In this document: positions 37,298-38,993 of the stretch, piece by piece
Position numbering within the stretch: the stretch's first letter is position 1
Layout of the letters: the number at the start of each line of letters is the position of its first letter
Assembly: GCA_046484245.1 (NCBI GenBank)
Contig: JAWOBN010000114.1
Coordinates: 1 to 38,993 of the forward strand
DNA length: 38,993 bases
DNA from: a bacterium
Lineage (GTDB): Bacteria; Hydrothermota; 32-111
Direction of reading: 5' to 3'
Program-made: the position numbers and the translations under genes
The notes under the pieces: model-generated
Told to the model about the DNA's origin: nothing
Seen by the model: only the letters and a program-made list of their open reading frames with translations
The model's database searches: none

Positions 37298-37801
37298 TCA
37301 GCTTCTCATCTTGTCCCTTTCAATATTAAGGTCCTCAAGTATTGCCTCAAGGTCATCTTCATGCTCAACTTCGTCTCTCATTATCTCAAGAGCAATATTG
37401 TATGTAATCTGGTCCTTGCCTTCCGTGTAATCTACAAGTTCCTTATAAACATCAATTGCACACTGTTCACCCTTGATATTCTGTTTCAGTATCTCTTCAA
37501 TATACGGATCCTTGGGAACCTCATAACCGCAATTGGTAATCTCATACCACTGCTTGGGTTCCAGAACAGGTGTGCCGCCCAGCTGGTCAATCCTGTCTGC
37601 TATCATCTCTGCATGACGCAGTTCATCCTGAGAATGCTCCAGGAGTTCTGCCTCAGCATCTCCCCTCAAAGGGCCATTGACTATTTTGGCGCCGATCCAG
37701 TATTGATAATACGCAAGCCATTCATCTGCAAGCGCCTTATTGAGTTTCTCAATGAGCTTGTCCACATCAAGACCGGTGATTTCTCTTCCTCTTTTTCCCA
37801 T
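37298..37801 (-). CDS. DPS-like (DPSL/bacterioferritin-related) ferritin-superfamily protein
   Basis: LNKALADEWLAYYQYW, DELRH, EQCAI..Y and DEVEHE give a ferroxidase pattern, with the Cys pair in NCGY/EQCA. SD is TAAGGAGG. Confidence 0.9.
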   Translation of the reverse strand: MGKRGREITGLDVDKLIEKLNKALADEWLAYYQYWIGAKIVNGPLRGDAEAELLEHSQDELRHAEMIADRIDQLGGTPVLEPKQWYEITNCGYEVPKDPYIEEILKQNIKGEQCAIDVYKELVDYTEGKDQITYNIALEIMRDEVEHEDDLEAILEDLNIERDKMRS

Positions 37802-37840
37802 TCTGCCTCCTTAGTGAGATTAATATATTTGATTCATTCA

Positions 37841-37869
37841 GATTATAATTCATATTATCAAAATGTCAA
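37841..37869 (-). promoter_or_regulatory. Consensus sigma70 promoter with an overlapping Fur/PerR-like box
   Basis: TTGACA (37869-37864), N16, TATAAT (37847-37842). GATAATATGAATTATAATC (37859-37841) matches 14/19 positions of GATAATGATAATCATTATC. Confidence 0.72.
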
Positions 37870-37877
37870 ACTCTTCT

Positions 37878-38044
37878 AAAAAGGGACGGTGGTTCAAAAA
37901 GTTCAAAAAAGGGAGCGATCTCTCGTAAGTGAATTAATATGTATATTTAGATGGACTTAGATGATTTTATATCATAAATCGCCTAAATAGAGCAATAACC
38001 GGATTTAGATGAAATTTGAACTTTTTGAACCACCGTCCCTTTTT
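37878..38044. mobile_element. 167-bp non-coding element with perfect 30-bp inverted arms (MITE/REPIN-like)
   Basis: AAAAAGGGACGGTGGTTCAAAAAGTTCAAA (37878-37907) and its exact reverse complement (38015-38044) flank a 107-bp AT-rich spacer. Confidence 0.6.
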
Positions 38045-38057
38045 GAGAGGATTGGTC

Positions 38058-38085
38058 TTGAATAATTCATCCTTTATATTATACT
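38058..38085 (+). promoter_or_regulatory. Putative sigma70 promoter for the CofE-like gene and murJ
   Basis: TTGAAT (38058-38063), N16, TATACT (38080-38085), 6 nt before the ATG at 38092. No SD. Confidence 0.55.
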
Positions 38086-38091
38086 TGACCT

Positions 38092-38898
38092 ATGCGGATT
38101 TTTTTTGATATGTATGCGGGGTTTATAAGGAAATACATCAATAAACCCAGGGACATCTCCCGGATGCACAGTGAATTGAGGCAGGGATATGATGACTTCA
38201 GGAAGCAGAAGAATACTGTCCGTTTCTCACTGGACAATATGAATTACATAATGGAGAAGCACAAGACCCCTGTATTCAAACCGGGTGATGACCTTATAGC
38301 TTATATCAGCGGCAATATTGAGAAGCAGCATGAAATGGATATTATCACAGTCGCAGAATCAGTTATAGCAATAACCCAGTCAAGGGCATACCGCCTTGAT
38401 GAGATAAGGGTCTCAAAGTGGGCAATGCTTCTCTACCCATGGGTGTCCAATGTAACATACGGCACTGGTCTGGGCATGCCCGAGACAATGCAATGCGCTA
38501 TTGATGAAGCAGGACTCAGGATAATTCTCAAGGCAACACTTAAAGGTGCACTGGACAGGATAAGAGGAAGACACGGCGGATTTTACTCTATTGCCGGTCC
38601 GGGTGTCAAATCCATTGATTTCAAAAAGGAGCATCCTGTTCAGTTCAAGGGTTCACATAATTATATTGTGATGTCACCCGCTTCACCCATAAGTTTCTGC
38701 AGAGAGGTATATGAAAAGACAGGCATGAGATGCGCTGTTGTTGATGCAAATAATGTGTCTGTGGATATTATGGCAGTCTATCCTCTGAATGCAAAACTGA
38801 AGAATTTTATATATCACTGCATGAGGGGCAATCCTGCCGGTCAGGAGGATGAAAGAACACCGATTATTATTTTGAGGTTCGGGGGCAATGAGAAATAA
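38092..38898 (+). CDS. Coenzyme F420-0:L-glutamate ligase (CofE)-like family protein
   Basis: Motifs KTPV..PGDDL, DIITVAESVIAITQ.R, G.G.PETMQCAIDEAG, FY.IAG, VVDAN and GNPAGQ.DE.TPIIILR. Confidence 0.75.
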   Translation: MRIFFDMYAGFIRKYINKPRDISRMHSELRQGYDDFRKQKNTVRFSLDNMNYIMEKHKTPVFKPGDDLIAYISGNIEKQHEMDIITVAESVIAITQSRAYRLDEIRVSKWAMLLYPWVSNVTYGTGLGMPETMQCAIDEAGLRIILKATLKGALDRIRGRHGGFYSIAGPGVKSIDFKKEHPVQFKGSHNYIVMSPASPISFCREVYEKTGMRCAVVDANNVSVDIMAVYPLNAKLKNFIYHCMRGNPAGQEDERTPIIILRFGGNEK

Positions 38899-38993
38899 TA
38901 GATTTCTGGGTTCCATAGTCAAGACATCATCACTCATAGGCATTTCAAGGATCTCGGGGTTCCTCAGGGAACTTGTATTCTCCTACTTTATAG
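38888..38993 (+). CDS. murJ: Lipid II flippase MurJ (MviN), 5' fragment
   Basis: Not in the ORF track. ATG at 38888 reads MRNNRFLGSIVKTSSLIGISRISGFLRELVFSYFI, matching the MurJ SRxxGxxRE motif, and stays open to the window end. Confidence 0.78.
   Translation, partial: MRNNRFLGSIVKTSSLIGISRISGFLRELVFSYFI

Noticed and set aside
37925..37960. dif-like (XerCD) site inside the inverted-repeat element
   Set aside because: There is only a loose TAAGT...ACTTA symmetry, which does not fit the 11-6-11 dif consensus.

Overview
This is a gene-dense bacterial chromosomal segment, almost entirely on the minus strand. The organism is a diderm LPS-type bacterium (lptABC-, lpxH- and lpxL-like genes). PorV-like barrels and a CTD-bearing secreted protein suggest an FCB-related candidate lineage such as WOR-3/TA06, which is inference only. 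Housekeeping content: partial cobO, an acyl-CoA thioesterase, gcvT-gcvH-gcvPA (no adjacent gcvPB), a ROK kinase, rne/rng, a radical SAM fusion, purC, nrdR, an ALDH, rpoN, lptB/A/C, queH, mltG, ruvX, birA, nadC, nusB, ribH-ribBA-ribE-ribD, a DPS-like ferritin, a CofE-like ligase and partial murJ. The standout is a seven-gene, all-exported cassette coupled directly behind rpoN (11872-20461). It encodes a tandem OB-fold protein with a T9SS/FlgD-like C-terminal domain, a PorV-like barrel, a large barrel with two ComEA-type helix-hairpin-helix modules, another outer-membrane barrel, two single-HKD Nuc-type PLD paralogues, and a 5'-nucleotidase homologue that has lost its metal-binding histidines. 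It looks like a surface machine for capturing, importing and degrading extracellular nucleic acid. Non-coding points of interest: a mosaic of four different heptamer arrays plus a GTAG REP-like hairpin between mltG and queH, a 167-bp element with perfect 30-bp inverted arms, several near-consensus sigma70 promoters with 16-bp spacers (two apparently leaderless), and a Fur-like box on the ferritin promoter. No tRNA, rRNA, CRISPR array, riboswitch or transposase was seen.
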